Shown: positions 13,459-27,105 of the stretch, piece after piece
How positions within the stretch are numbered: position 1 is the first letter of the stretch
Layout of the letters: each line of letters starts with the position of its first letter
Source: Utricularia gibba
Lineage: Eukaryota > Plantae > Magnoliophyta
DNA: 64,000 bases
Assembly: GCA_002189035.1 (NCBI GenBank)
Contig: NEEC01000009.1
Location: 1,674,001 to 1,738,000 of the forward strand
Direction: 5' to 3'
Position numbers and translations under genes: made by a program
Notes under the pieces: model-generated
The model's input: only the letters and a program-made list of their open reading frames with translations
The model's database searches: none
Told to the model about the DNA's origin: nothing

Positions 13459-14730
13459 TCAAGCCATTATTTTGGCAGATCTTGAGTAGAGACTGTCGAC
13501 CACCTTCTCCATATTCGAGATCGTCTCCAAGGTGGCTTCATATATCGCATCCGTCTTTGTATCATCAAATATTATGAGGCAACCTGCGCCCTGATCCAGA
13601 GTGCCTGCAAACTTCTTGTCAAGGATCATCTGGGACAACTTCTTCTCAACATGCTGCTCTGGCAATTCGATCAACTCAGCAATGTGCGCGATCTCCACTC
13701 TGGAGAAGGGCTCGATCAACCTGCAAAGATTCTGTTCCAGAAGTGTGTCATAGAGGGAGGTGAGGTGCCTGTGGACAATGGGGTCTTCATCAAGCTGGGC
13801 TTTGAAATTCTGTAGGGCAATCTCAAAGAGCTTGAGAGAGCGCTTTGAGTGGGCATCTGCAACAGCTATCATTGCGTCGAGTTCAGGCCCATGGTATTGC
13901 AAACCCACCTTAGGGGAAGATATTATTCCTGCCACATCATCCGACTGGCTCACCATAATCTTGCACAGCAGCATGTATTTCAGGCTGTAGATGGCTTGAG
14001 GATCCTCAAGAGAATTGAAAGCTTCAAATGCTTCAAAAAAATAGCTGTACGCAGTCTTGTAGTCTTTCTCTTCTGCGTGGAGAATACCACTCTGCATGTC
14101 TATTGTGCCCTGCTGTGCTGGAGGCACATATATAGCGTTTGCAGCTGTTCTTGCAGCAGTCAGAGAAGCCTTAGCTTTCGGCAGATTCCTCAGTGAGAAG
14201 TGAAGTTTGCTCTCTAGCAAGTCAATTTCTACTAGAAGAAGCTTGTCATCCAGCCTCCTGACCTCCTTAATAAGACTTGTCAAGAGATTAAGTGCTTCTT
14301 GATATTCCTTGTTCTCCATCAGTAGAGCTGCCAGCCGAGCCTCAATCCTCTGGCGAAGAAAAGTTCGTTTTTCAGCTCGAGTCCACTGCACTATTTCCCT
14401 ACACAAGGAGATCTGGAGATCGTAAGTGCCAGGTATCTTAGCAACCGCATCTATAATGCTGCGGACAATTTTCGCAGTCTTGGCCTTGGTAATCACTGAA
14501 AAAAAGGGCCGCAACTTCACAAGTAGGTTCTGAAGATCTTGTGCTAGGCCCTCCTGTCTCAGAAGATCAGATAGATTAGTAATAGCCTGCTCTTTGATTC
14601 GCAAGGCTTCCTGAGAGGATGAAGGATCGTCCAGAACCCCATAAAGGATAGAAATTGCTTCAGCAGGAGTTTTAGCTTCAGCAGCTTGAAAAAGAGAACC
14701 CGTAGTCGCAGGTATATGCGATGACGACAT
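13459..14730 (-). CDS. RPN6: 26S proteasome lid subunit RPN6 (PSMD11); intronless CDS
   Basis: Continuous ORF: KEQAITNLSDLL, KAKTAKIVR, KRTFLRQRIEARL, LDDKLLLVEIDLLESK, PCI domain LLEQNLCRLIEPFSRVEIAHIA. Confidence 0.96.
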   Translation of the reverse strand: MSSSHIPATTGSLFQAAEAKTPAEAISILYGVLDDPSSSQEALRIKEQAITNLSDLLRQEGLAQDLQNLLVKLRPFFSVITKAKTAKIVRSIIDAVAKIPGTYDLQISLCREIVQWTRAEKRTFLRQRIEARLAALLMENKEYQEALNLLTSLIKEVRRLDDKLLLVEIDLLESKLHFSLRNLPKAKASLTAARTAANAIYVPPAQQGTIDMQSGILHAEEKDYKTAYSYFFEAFEAFNSLEDPQAIYSLKYMLLCKIMVSQSDDVAGIISSPKVGLQYHGPELDAMIAVADAHSKRSLKLFEIALQNFKAQLDEDPIVHRHLTSLYDTLLEQNLCRLIEPFSRVEIAHIAELIELPEQHVEKKLSQMILDKKFAGTLDQGAGCLIIFDDTKTDAIYEATLETISNMEKVVDSLYSRSAKIMA

Positions 14731-15513
14731 AGTGACAGCTTCAGAATCACAATTCTGCAATGGAAAGCTCGAATTAAGAACAGCAGCACCAACAAAAAAG
14801 CCCTAAACTGAAATGATGGGTTTTCAGAAACGAGAATCAACGAAACAAAAAAGCCAATTCCCACGAAAGCATCTTTCCAATCAATGAATCCCAAAATGTT
14901 AACCCTCTGCAAACTGAAGTAAATTCATAAAACCAAAATCACAACCACAAAAACCTACCGCATGAGCGGGATATCATAGAACAATTTAACAACAAACACA
15001 GACAAGAATGCTCTATCCCATGACAATCCATCAACAGACAAACTCAAAACTAATAAGAAAAAAAGGGATGGAATTTCCGAAACTAACAGATCAAAATCGA
15101 ACAGAAAAAAACACGAGCTTTCCAAAATAAACTCACAGGGAGACTATCGGAGAAAATCTACTTCCGATGCGGTGGCGACAGTAAGACCTATGAGACGAAT
15201 CGGATCTTTTCTTGCCGGAGAGGGCAAATGTAGTCTGGGACTTGGGCTATCAGTTAACAACTCCCGGCCCAGTAACGCTTTCATGGGCTAATTTATATAA
15301 GGGTCAATTACCAATATTACCCTTGCTTATCGAACGACGTCGTGCTGTTGTTGCTGGCGGAGGTGCCATAGAAAATTCTGAAAAGATAGCGTTGCGAGCG
15401 CTGTGAGGAGAGTGGAGACTGCATCGGGGACTTAGAGCGTCAGGCGCGGTGGGGCGGTGGCGGTGGCGGTGGCCAAGCTATCGGATTTGTGTCGTTGATT
15501 CTGATGATCCAGA

Positions 15514-17761
15514 ATGAAAGAATTGGCTCTGCAGTGCATTATTCCCCTTCCTACGACTACAAAGCTCAGTTTCCATCGAAGAAGCTCTCTTTCCGGTTTT
15601 CATCACGCGAGAAGCTGGCGAAGAAGTTATTTGAGTTACAGCATTAGTAGCGGTGATGCGGGGTCACCAAATTCTTCTACCACGGAAGTTCAAGATTTCG
15701 AGGAAGGCTTTTTGCGCAGTAAGCACAGAATGGGAAGCAAAGATGACGTAGAGTATGAATTTGACGATGATTCTGTAGCTTCTTCTTCATCATATCTTTC
15801 TTTGAGCGTGAAGCCGGAGAGAAATATGGAGTTGCTAGACGATTACGAGATGGAAGAGTTGGACTTGGTCGCCCAAGACCCGAATCACCGCAGCGGTTAT
15901 GTGGCTTTGGTTGGGAAACCCAATGTGGGAAAGAGCACTTTGTCCAACCAAATGCTTGGACAGAAGATATCTATAGTCACGGATAAGCCTCAGACCACTA
16001 GACACAGGATCCTTGGCATTTGTTCAGGTTCTGATTATCAGGTTTGCTGTTCTTCCACTTTGAGTAATTTTTTTGAATTGCAGTATTTAAAGAAATCATG
16101 CATGATTTAGTTGGACAACATGTTTGTGATTTCTTGCAATTTATCTGAACATGTTTGTAACTTCTGATGACTACAAACTCTATAAAAGCAACACTGCCAA
16201 GTTGTTCCTCTGTCGAGATGCATTTGATGTTCATTGTGGATGATACTTGATGTTTTCATATGCCTGGTGTTTGTTGTAGATGATACTTTATGACACACCG
16301 GGTGTTATTGAGAAGACGATGCACAAATTGGATGGTATCATGATGAAAAATGTTCGCAGAGCAGCTGTCAATGCAGACTGTATGCTTGTGGTCGTGGATG
16401 CAAGTAAAGTACCTGAAAAGGTACTTGTCTGTGGAGCCACTTCCTCCTCAAATTCCCCCGACTAAAAGTTGAGTTCTTATTAGATTGATGATATCCTGGA
16501 AGTTGGAGAGCTAAGATCTGGTTTGCCTACTTTGCTGGTTTTAAATAAGAAGGATCTCATCAAACCAGGTGAAATTGCCAAGAAAATTGAGGTGCAAATC
16601 CCTCTTCTTACTTCTTAATGATCATGACTTTTTTGTAATGTTGATTTGCCTGTTTCCTTTCAATCTGCGTATACTATTATCATCACAGTTCACAACAGAC
16701 CACTCTCATTGCTGGTCTGCTGAAGTAGGTGTACCCGTGACTAGTACCCTGGACGCTCATGTGAAATTACATTTTTAGATGTTGAACCTTCTGCAACACG
16801 TGTAGTGCATCAACATCCAAATTCTTGCAGTGGTACGAAAAATTTACAGATGTAGAGGAAGTAATACCTGTGAGTGCGAAGTATGGCCATGGAGTAGAGG
16901 ACGTCAAGGAGTGGATCCTCTCAAAGCTTCCTCATGGACCAGCTTATTATCCAAAGGTGCAACCTTTGTTGTGCTGCTGTACCTTTTTTTGGCTGTATTT
17001 TTCAGACGGTGAAACGATATTCTTCATCCAGGGCATTGCAAGTGAGCATCCTGAAAGGTTCTTCGTTGCTGAAATTATCAGAGAGAAAATTCTGATGCAG
17101 TACCGAAATGAAGTCCCGTATGCCTGCCAGGTCAATGTTGTTACGTATCAAAGCAGACCAAATGCTAAAGATTTCATCCAAGTTGAGATTGTAGTGGAGA
17201 AGAACTCACAGAAGATTATCCTCATTGGAAAGGCAAGAATCTTCTTACTTCCCGCTCCTGCCATTTATTGATCAAACACCTCTTTGTTGCTTTCTGCTTC
17301 TCCTATTTAAAACTTCATGGAGAGATTGATTAATTTTACGTAGCACTACTCCCTGCCAATGACACAAAATTGAGGATTATTTTGAGAATTATGAATCAAC
17401 ACAATCTAGAATTCATCACCAGGAAGGAAAAGCTCTAAAGCTACTAGCAACAGCAGCTCGGCTGGATATAGAAGACTTCTTGCAGAAGAAAGTGTATCTG
17501 GAGGTACGACTTAGCCTGTGCTTGGAAGTGATTCACCTTCAGTTCAGCTCAGTTTCCTTTCAGAACTGAAGCTGAATCACCTCCTTACTTATGATTAGCT
17601 CACCTTTCACAAAACACTCCAAGATGCTTTGATGCTAAGGAACAAAAAAACAAATGCAGGTAGAAGTGAAAGTAAAGGAGAAGTGGAGACAGAACGAAGG
17701 GCTTCTCAAGCACTATGGCTATGGAGGTCCCAGTTCCACCTCTGTCACATGGAAGCCATGA
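15514..17761 (+). CDS. ERA: Chloroplast ERA-like GTPase; multi-exon
   Basis: Transit-peptide-like N-terminus, [19 protein letters not shown] (G1), KPQTTRHRI (G2), DTPG (G3), NKKD (G4), SAKYG (G5), KH domain EVPYACQV...[11 protein letters not shown]; TGA at 17759-17761. Confidence 0.94.
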
Positions 17762-18844
17762 CTCCTCCTTTGAAACAAGCCCTGCACACCCCTTGTCTGA
17801 ACTTTCCACAACATCCCATAGCCGGAGCCAGCGCCGTAGTTGGTGGATGCCTTCATCACCCTCAGCCATACGTAAATTCCCAGGAGATTATGTGTATGGA
17901 TATTATTTTTTTCCCATTCGAGTTTACTTTTTCCATGCCCTTTTTAAATATCAAAATATTAATATCTTCTCTAAAAGTTGATTTACAAATCTTTATTACA
18001 ATCTTATTTTCAATATTGGGTTCACTTTAATATTGGTGTCCCAACTTTTACCTTTTTCGATGGAAAGATTGCGGTGAAAATTACATGAAATGGTTTGATG
18101 AAATTTTTTCCCTAAAGAAATATGGATGAAATAAATTGTGGGATCTGATGCAGTGCAATAATATTTGGTAATAAAATGGTAATTATTGAAGATAAAATGA
18201 TGAAGTATTTAAAGTACATTAAAATGAGAAAGAAATATGATATGGATGTAACATAAATAATGAAATAATGGACATTGATTTGGTTGTCTTAATTTTGAGT
18301 TTATTATATTCTTATTTATAAAATAAGAAATCATGACTTTTGATTAATTATACCTAAACTCATTAATACGCAACGGTTTTGCCTCCTTCGGGCAATAATT
18401 TCGAGTATTATTATATATAATATATCCCAAGTGAGGATTATGGAGTATTATTATATTTATATTATATCACATTACCATTATTGGGGGGGTTTTTGGGTCA
18501 TTTAATTGAAAATTGAAAACACATGAAAAAGGACAAAACACCGACTTAAAAAGACATCCACCAGAACGGTAAGATTACATTGATGGAGGCCACGTGATGT
18601 AATGAGATGAAGTTCGCTTTTTATTGGCAGCATTGACTCTCTGGATGACACGCCCGCTTCTCAACGGCCCTTTTTGTTGTTAATTCTTTTAGCAGTAAAG
18701 ACACATCACATGCAATTTTTCAAATTTATGGATGGAGGAGCAATTCCTTATGAAGTACTTGTTGCTTACCGACATTTATGAGCTTGTTTCTGATATATAT
18801 AGTTCCTCAATGTCCGTCTCTGTGTTCTGTCTGTAGCTTGGGAA

Positions 18845-20370
18845 ATGAAGCTGCATTTCTGTCTGCTTCTTCTCATCCTTGTCTTGCAGGGAGAGGGATT
18901 GCTGGATGGCCACTTCGTGACGACCAGTGGCGCCCGCTTCATGCTCAATGGTGCCCCGTTTTATGGGAATGGTTTCAATGCTTATTGGCTCATGTTCCAA
19001 GCTTCTGATCCTTCCCTCAGACCGACAGTCAGTAGCACGTTGCGGCAGGCCGCAGCCCGGGGCCTCCAAATCGTTCGAACTTGGGCTTTCAGCGATGGCG
19101 GATACCGTCCCTTGCAGCAGTATCCTGGCTATTACAACGAGGAGACCTTCAAGGTGTGTTGAGATAGGTAGATATGGCTTTGTTCTTTGGCGTGTCTGGA
19201 GAGATGATCTTCTTTTACAGTTTTGGTTGAGTGTTTTCAGTAATTGTTGTTGAAGGGGCTGGATTTTGTGATAGCGGAAGCTAGAAGACATGGGATCAGA
19301 CTGATTCTGAGTTTGGTTAACAACTATGATGGCTTTGGTGGAAAGAAGCAGTATGTGAACTGGGCTAGAAGCAGAGGGCAGTTCGTGAACTCCGATGATG
19401 ATTTCTTCAGAAACAACCTGATCAAAGAGTTTTACAAGAATCATGTGAAAGTAAGCGGTCCTTGTAGGATTCATTGTCTGGTGTGAAAACCGGGTGCTTC
19501 CCTTGATTCTGCTCGTGTACCGCAGATGGTTTTGAATCGATACAACACGATCACAGGAGTTGTTTACAGGAACGATCCAACAATCATGGCCTGGGAGCTC
19601 ATGAACGAGCCCAGATGCACTTCTGATCCTTCAGGCAGAACCATTCAGGTTCAGTCTGCTTCTGCATCCTTTGATTTGCATCATCTTTCGGTGCGTCGTC
19701 CTCATGACATCATCTGATGCAGAGCTGGATCAGGGAGATGGCTTTCTTTGTCAAGTCCATCGACACAAATCACCTGCTCGGAGCTGGGCTTGAAGGATTC
19801 TATGGTCCCTCGTCTCCCTCAAGGACTAGTCTCAATCACGGCTACAGTATGGGGACGGACTTCATCGCGAATAATCGCATTCCGGGGATCGATTTCGCAT
19901 CTGTTCATGCCTATCCCGATCAATGGTAGATGACCCAGTTCAGTTCATCCCTCTTCAAAGCATGGAAACCACCATGATTCTTCCCTTGTCATCAGGTTAC
20001 CAGGTGCAAATAGCCAATACCAGCTTTACTTCCTCAGCAAATGGCTCGGCACACACATTCAAGACGCGGAGTACATCATCCGGAAGCCATTGCTCATCGC
20101 CGAGTTCGGATTATCATGGAAAGCCGGCGGGTTTAGCCCTCCGAGAGAGACGCTTTGTTCAACATGGTGTTTTCCACGATCTACGCGTCCGCCGCACGCG
20201 GTGGCGCTGCTGCTGGAGGGCTGTTCTGGCAGGCTCTGGCGCCGGGGATGGACTCCTTCAGAGATGGATACGAGATCGTATTCGAGGAGAACTCATCGGT
20301 AGTGAAGGTGATTACAGTGCAGGCCCGCAGGCTCTCCATCATCAGGAAGATGAACTCCACACAAGACTGA
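18845..20370 (+). CDS. MAN: Mannan endo-1,4-beta-mannosidase (GH5 subfamily 7); 5 exons, one apparent 1-nt frameshift
   Basis: Signal peptide, [70 protein letters not shown]. One C is missing at 20137-20139 (should read [12 protein letters not shown]). Confidence 0.93.
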
Positions 20371-21881
20371 CCACCCCCAGATCCCTCTTTCCCTCTTCGT
20401 GATGGATGCCACAAGTTCATCCAGGAGTGTGCGTGTTTTCACGGTGTAATACTGCGTGCTTCATATCACGCTATACTTCATCATCACACTTCCCCATTAA
20501 TATACTTAGTTAAACTTTGACAACTCACACTAACCAAACATTCTATATACACGAAATACACGAAGTTTAAATATACAAAAAATATAAATCAAATTATAAA
20601 AAATAAATTTAATCAAGATTTCAATACAAATAATTAAAAATTATGTTTTTCCAAACTTTTGTGGCACATAATTTCTTTAATCATACAAGATTTGTTTTTT
20701 TAATTTTTTCTAAACCCATCTAACAATTATAATATTATTTTAAAAAATTATGTTAAAAAATTTCAATACATAATATTTTAATAAAATTAGTTTACATTTT
20801 CAACATAAATGTAAAATCAATCGTTAATATTTTACATATTTTGTATAATTAATTCTTAAAATTTGAATTATCGAACATAATTATTTTTCAAGATTTTATA
20901 TTTTAAATTGACATTGAATTATTAACGATCTATTTTTTAAATAGCATGAACTAATTACGTCAAATTGTTAAATAATAAAGATAAAAGTAAAACAGTGGAA
21001 ATTATTTTTAAAATTTTTCGAAATATTAGAGATTTAATGATGCCAATGATCCATTTTTATTTTAATATTATATTTATAAAATATAATGTCAATTTCAATG
21101 CGTACTTATTCTTTTTGGACTAGATGTTATTTTTGTATGGTTGGAGTTTGAGGACGTGCTTGGACATGCACCAAATTTGCATGGTTATTCCTTATCCCCG
21201 GTTCGTTTCTCAAGCGTGCCTCCTAAGCCATCATCAACCTGTTATGTCACGCGCTTTATTCTCTTTTTTTTAATGACATAAATATAAAATGATTGGATTA
21301 ATTCCGCATTATCGTGAGTGAATTATTGAGACTACTTTGGGAATGGTATTGAGTTAAGCCGACTTCCGGATTTGGAAACTTTTTCACCCCTTAGATTTAG
21401 TAACACTGAACGTGTACGTAGAATATAAAATTATATGAATAGAATGAATTTAAAATTATAAAAGTATTTTATGAAATAATAGAAAATTATATTTTAAAAT
21501 TTAGTAAAATAAATATATATTGTAAAGTTTAATATATTAAAAATTTTGGAATAAATAAAAATATTATTTTTCTAATTAATTTTTTATTTAATCTCTAAAA
21601 TAGAGATTCAATAAATTCAAGAATTTTTAAAGTTAATCATAAAATTTAAATTTCTGATTTTATTACAGAACAATTAAAAATTAAATTTTTAAAAAATTAA
21701 ATAGAATCACTCTTAAAAATTCATATCTCAAACACGACGATAGTATGGTGTTTCTACCAGCTGGCGACAGCCCACCGGCGTGGACTCGTTGAATTGGGCA
21801 CGTTTTCAGATTTTTTTAATTTCATTTTAAGGAAAAGGATTTAGTTTTTTTTTTTTATGGGTGAATTTTTCCTTGGCGACT

Positions 21882-21972
21882 ACGCGTCCCTTCACTTCCT
21901 TCCTCCCCACTCTTCTTTGCGCGTGAGCTTCTCTAATTTTCATTCAACTCCGCACCAAAGCTATCTATAAAA
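21882..21972 (+). promoter_or_regulatory. Proximal promoter of the AAA ATPase: two CGCG boxes (21882-21887, 21919-21924) and a TATA box (21966-21972)
   Basis: ACGCGT and GCGCGT fit the CAMTA vCGCGb consensus; TATAAAA lies about 60 bp before the ATG. Confidence 0.4.
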
Positions 21973-22029
21973 TCCCTGCGTGCCCCTTGACACACTCATC
22001 ACTTTCCACTCTGCTCACAGCGACGTAAA

Positions 22030-23617
22030 ATGGATGCGAACTTTTTCTCCGCCTACGCCTCCATGGCGGCGACGCTAATGCTCCTACGCACTCTGATCAA
22101 CGATATGGTGCCGTATCAGGTCAGGGATGCTCTCTACTCATTCTTCGATCAGATACTCGACCACTTCCTCTCACGGTTCGTCACGAAGCTCGATTCCAAG
22201 GTCACTATCGTTGTCGATGAGGAAATCGGAATGAATCGAAACGAGGTCTTTGAGGCGGCGGAAACCTACCTACGGACGATTATCAACCCGAATTCCAAGA
22301 GATTAAAGGCCGCCAAAACCGTGAAACAGAAGAGCATCAGTTTGAATATGGAAAAGGGGGAGGAGGTGTTCGATTCCTTTAAAGGAATCCAATTGAAATG
22401 GCAGTTTTATGTTAAGGAGCAGGATAACGACAAGAGCGGCGCCGCGAGCCAGAAATCGGAGAAAAGATTCGAGCTTACCTTCAGCAAGGCGCAGAAGCAA
22501 ATCGTTGTTGATGAATATCTCCCCTTTGTTCTCTCCAAATCGAAAGAGATGAAGTCCAGAGAACGGCCGGTGAAGCTTTACACTCGGGATTGTAGATTCG
22601 ACGAAGACGACGACGGCGAAAATTGCGGCTGTTACTGGGGGGCTATAAACCTCGACCACCCCGCAACTTTCGAGAAATTGGCTATGGATTGGGAACTTAA
22701 ACAGTCGATAATCGACGATTTGGATAGGTTTGTCCGAAGGAAGGAGTATTACCGGAAAGTGGGTAAAGCTTGGAAGCGAGGATACCTTCTTTACGGGCCT
22801 CCGGGGACCGGAAAATCCACGTTGATAGCCGCCATAGCCAATTACTTGAAGTTCGATGTCTACGATCTTGAGCTCTCCTCTGTATACGACAACAGAGAGC
22901 TAAGAAGCCTTCTCCTCTACACCAAAAACAAGTCCATCGTCGTCATCGAGGACATAGATTGCAGCTCAACTGTGCATGACAGAACCCAAAACAGCGATGA
23001 ATCAGATCCCGGAAACCCCCTGGATTCAAAGGTGACAACCAAATTCCGGCAAGCACCTAGACTACATCCTAACCCTGACCCTCAAATTGAAACTGCTGCA
23101 GGTGACGCTATCCGGGATACTGAACTTCATCGACGGAATGTGGTCTTCCTGTGGAGACGAAAGGATATTCATATTCACCACGAATCACAAGGAGAAGCTG
23201 GATCCGGCGCTGCTTCGACCGGGAAGAATGGACATGCACATCCACCTCGGCTACTGCACGCCTCAAGCATTCGATGTATTGGTTGGAAATTACCTGGGCG
23301 ACATTGGGGAGCACCAGCTTTTGCCCCAGATCAAAGGGCTGATAAAGGAAGTGGAGATTACGCCGGCAGCGGTGGCGGAGCAGTTGATGAGACACGATGT
23401 GGTCGATATGGCGCTTCAAGGGGTGGTAGATTTGATAGAGGAGAAGAAGAAGGAGAAGGGGGTAGAAATGGGAGAAGAAACGAGGGAGAAAAAGCTGGAA
23501 CCTGAGGAACAGAAGGAAACGGAGACACAATTCGAGGTGAGGAAGAAAAAGAAAACTATGAAATTTCTTGCTGATTTGGTCAAAAGCAGAACGCTGACCA
23601 TGTCCAAGAAATACTGA
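22030..23617 (+). CDS. BCS1-like AAA ATPase (At3g50940/At2g18193-like); 2 exons
   Basis: N-terminal membrane segment, LDHPATFEKLAMD, GKAWKRGYLLYGPPGTGKS (Walker A), IVVIEDIDC (Walker B). Intron at about 23031-23101, then VTLSGILNFIDGMWS and LLRPGRMDMHI. Confidence 0.94.
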
Positions 23618-23992
23618 AGGCTGATTGAGCAATGGGGTATTGTTAGGTACCTCAGTACGGTGTACAGAGAATCTAACTGGAGATTCCGACACGCAATCTT
23701 GTCTTATCTTTCGGTTTTATGAAAAAAAAAGTATATCTGCTTGACAAGGAAATTAAGCCAGTAATGATCTGAGAATGCAGAACTGTAATATAACCAGACC
23801 AAGATGATGAGGAAGGCAGTGTGGTTTTCCCTGCACGAGTAAGCGGGAGTAGTCAAGGTTAATTATTTGTAAGAACAGGAGGAGCTCCATGGTGTGTGGT
23901 GCTGACCAGGGAAGGCAGTAGCAGTCAAATTAAACACAAGGGAAGGATGAAACCTCTCTCGTTGTTGAGGCGCCACCCAACCGGCTGAATCT

Positions 23993-24727
23993 CTAGGAAT
24001 CAACTGAGCTGGCGTGCTTTGCGATAGTTTGCTGAAGCTCTTCTTTTTGGCTCCCACAATCCTGTCCAAGATCTTCCCTTGTTTGAGGAAGATGAATGTC
24101 GGCATTGCCTCGACGGCCCAATCAGCTGCAACCGACTGCAATCGAGAACCGTGAGTAAGAAAGAGTTCGTTGTTTGATTCTGCAGTCTCTTATGTTACAA
24201 GATCTGACTTTCACCTGCAACTCATCAATATCCACCTTTAAGAAAGTCACATGAGGCATTTTTTGGCCATCTCTGCGAACAGGGGAGAAATGATTCTGCA
24301 GGGACCGCACCAGGAAGCAGTGAAATCCACCACGATCTGCAGAGGCACCAGCAACAACATCATACTCAATTTTATCAGCCATGTACGCCAAACTTCACCC
24401 GATTATGACAGTACGCTCGCTTTCACAGTTTTTGGAGAAAATCAAACCCCGCACCCATCACAAACAGAGAACGCAACCGATTTCACATCTCGATCCCTAT
24501 AGATTCGTCAAATCAAGAGCAAAATCCAATCCCTCCCATTCACATCGCAGATCTTCCGTCAGATCCAATCGAGAAATCAAATCCATAACAAAATACACAG
24601 AATTCTCAGAGAAAGAGACTGAGAACAGCACCTGATTGTTGTTATCATTGCCCTTCCGCATTTCATCGTTCCATTCCTCCAGGGTGTGGCAAGCGACGAC
24701 GTGCCCTTCGGGTTCCGAACGCGCCAT
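23993..24727 (-). CDS. TRXh: Thioredoxin h (cytosolic); 3 exons, two apparent 1-nt frameshifts in A runs
   Basis: [25 protein letters not shown] active site, [22 protein letters not shown]. One A is needed at 24259-24264 and one at 24044-24048 to give AKKMPHV and [14 protein letters not shown]. Confidence 0.9.
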
Positions 24728-25072
24728 CAGCAAACAGTTTAATCGCGTTTCTTCTCCAGCGACGTAATTTATACCCAACCGGCAAGTCCGCCAGCCATAC
24801 AGTCCGGTGAACTTTCATCTCCTCATTTTGGAAAATTAAAATTAATTATTTAATTAATAATATCGTAACGTACATTTTTTTACATGACACGAAATTCTTA
24901 TAAAATCGACTACTGAAATCGTGTCCAGGGAAGAGCTTCACTGCAGGAGCCACCGTAAGATGCCCTAATTTTTTTTTTTACCAGAGATGCCGTTTGCCAA
25001 GAAAGATTCATAGAGAACCCGGTGCTACTGCCTAAGAAGAAAAGGGGGGAATGAAAAGACAACGCGACTCTG

Positions 25073-25777
25073 CTATGAAGCTGTGTGTTGATGGAAGATT
25101 GTTCCTTTGAAGACATGGCCTCCGATTCTAACTACAGCTTCGTAAGCATACTCGTCTCTGACTCTCACGCTACGAAAGGCCGCCGTTGCAGTCACTTCCG
25201 ATGGAAATCTTCCGTTCTCCGGCTCTGAAGTCAACAGAAAACGCCATAGTGTATCTGATATACAATCATATCGGAAAACATGGCATAACGGGGGTACACC
25301 CATCTCATAAATTCCATCAAAATTTGAACTTCAGTCACCTGAAGGATTCGCTCTCTGCCTCTTCCTGGTTGCGACTTCCGGCGTCGGGTCTCGTCGCTGG
25401 AGCTGTTCATGGCGTTCCCTTCTCTTAGCAGCCGGAACCCATGTGCTCTTCACGTGAGTCGGACACTGAAACCCCCGATTCCTACAGCAAGTTCTGCATC
25501 TCATATGCACACAATCCTTCTTCGCTTGGTTCCCACAGTCCTGGCAATTGATCTTCGTCTCATCCCCCAACTTGTACGGCTCCAGCACGGGGCTTTGCCG
25601 GCGGTCGAAACTCACCCCCATCGGCTGCCGCCCCCACGGCTCAAAACCCTTGTAGGGGAGGTCATTTGCCTCGTTCCTGTACAACAACCAGCTCTCCAGA
25701 TTCATCTCCGGAGCCATCGCGGCACCGCCGCCGGCGACATCACCGACTCCTCCCAATGCAAAGAAGCCGGCAGCCAT
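25073..25777 (-). CDS. SHI-RELATED SEQUENCE (SRS/STY) transcription factor; short and divergent; 2 exons
   Basis: RING-like zinc finger [45 protein letters not shown]; intron 25338-25225; IGGH domain [17 protein letters not shown]. Confidence 0.88.
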
Positions 25778-26270
25778 TCCTATGGAACCCTCCGCCTGTG
25801 GTGCATGGTGCGTGACAATCGCACGCTAATGCCAAAGGTGTCGCATATAAAATGTGAAGTTACATACGTATCAACATTTAAGGCCATTTATTTATTTATT
25901 TTCAAACGTTTCGAAATTCAAACAACCAACCCTTTTGCGTATTCGAGTTATTATTTCAATTATTTTTAAATTATTTGTTCGCATTAATCCCAGAGCCCTA
26001 AAACTTTAAGCGTGACAACTGTGTTTTTTTTTCATTGTCTAAGGTGGATAAATAAATGATTGGGTTGTTGTCAACTAACCCTAGATCATACTCACTTGTG
26101 CATTATTTATTTATAATAAAAATTGGATATTAACAAAATATCATGAAATTGGGGGACTGATTAAAAGATAACAATATCCTTTTTTTTTTAAAAAAAAGTC
26201 AATTTTAACACAAAGGACTTATAACATTTGTGATGTTTTTAATGAATCATTTAGAAAATTGACTATCTCA

Positions 26271-26274
26271 CCAC

Positions 26275-26318
<44 letters not shown>
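26271..26318. repeat. Compound (CA)n(TA)n microsatellite
   Basis: ccacacacacacacacatacatatatatatatatatatatatatat read directly from the sequence. Confidence 0.95.
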
Positions 26319-27105
26319 CGTATGTATATATTATGTAGGATTAGGTATTTAGATGGTATTGGCATAATGATTATGCACAAGGGAGATAATGTACTCAAAT
26401 AAAATGATTTTCTAGACATTTTTATTATAAGAAAACAACGTAAAACCGCGAGGATTAATTATCTAAAATCGAATAAGAAACTTTCTCCCATTATGAGAAA
26501 AATGCTTTATATAATATTAAGAAATTCCTTATATTCAAGCATATTCACTTTTTCTCCCTCTTCTTTCTATGATCTTATATATATGTGTGATAAAAATGAT
26601 CATTTGTAATATTAATTTTTTATAATATATGAAATGAAAATCATTTTTTCTAAATGTAGTAATTTCTAATATTGCTTATCTCGTGCAATAATTTGTTTAT
26701 ATTGATATTATTTGGGATGATTATCATTAAACCGGCGCGAGTAGAGGATCAACCCGGGGGTTAGGCCGGTTCATTTTCTAATATCAGAATAAACGATGAC
26801 TGTTTTATTAAATAATTACAACTGGATTTATAATAATAATTATTATTAAATATTTAAAAATATGGAGGATTTGTGTTGTAACCGCGTACATGAGCTTGTG
26901 AGGCATCATCTCCTTTGTTGTTTTGATATCCGAGAAGGTTCGTAAGGTGGCGGAGTCAAGGCCAAGTCAAGTCAAGTCGTCGCGTTTCCGAGTTTTTAGA
27001 TGCAAGGAGGAAGCAGCGCGCTGCTCTCCAATCTGCTGCTTGGGTATTGCGTTGGAGCAATTTCTTCGATCTTCTTAAACAAAGGTGAGCGTAACAGATA
27101 CCCAG

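Noticed and set aside
20500-21750. Long AT-rich spacer with short inverted motifs (AAATTGACATT/AATGTCAATTT; TCGTTAATA/TATTAACGA), possibly MULE/MITE debris
   Set aside because: No definable TIR pair or TSD; short inverted matches are expected at this AT content.
22030-23505. 491-aa single ORF for the AAA ATPase
   Set aside because: It reads through a ~70-nt intron into the wrong frame; the spliced product ends at 23617.
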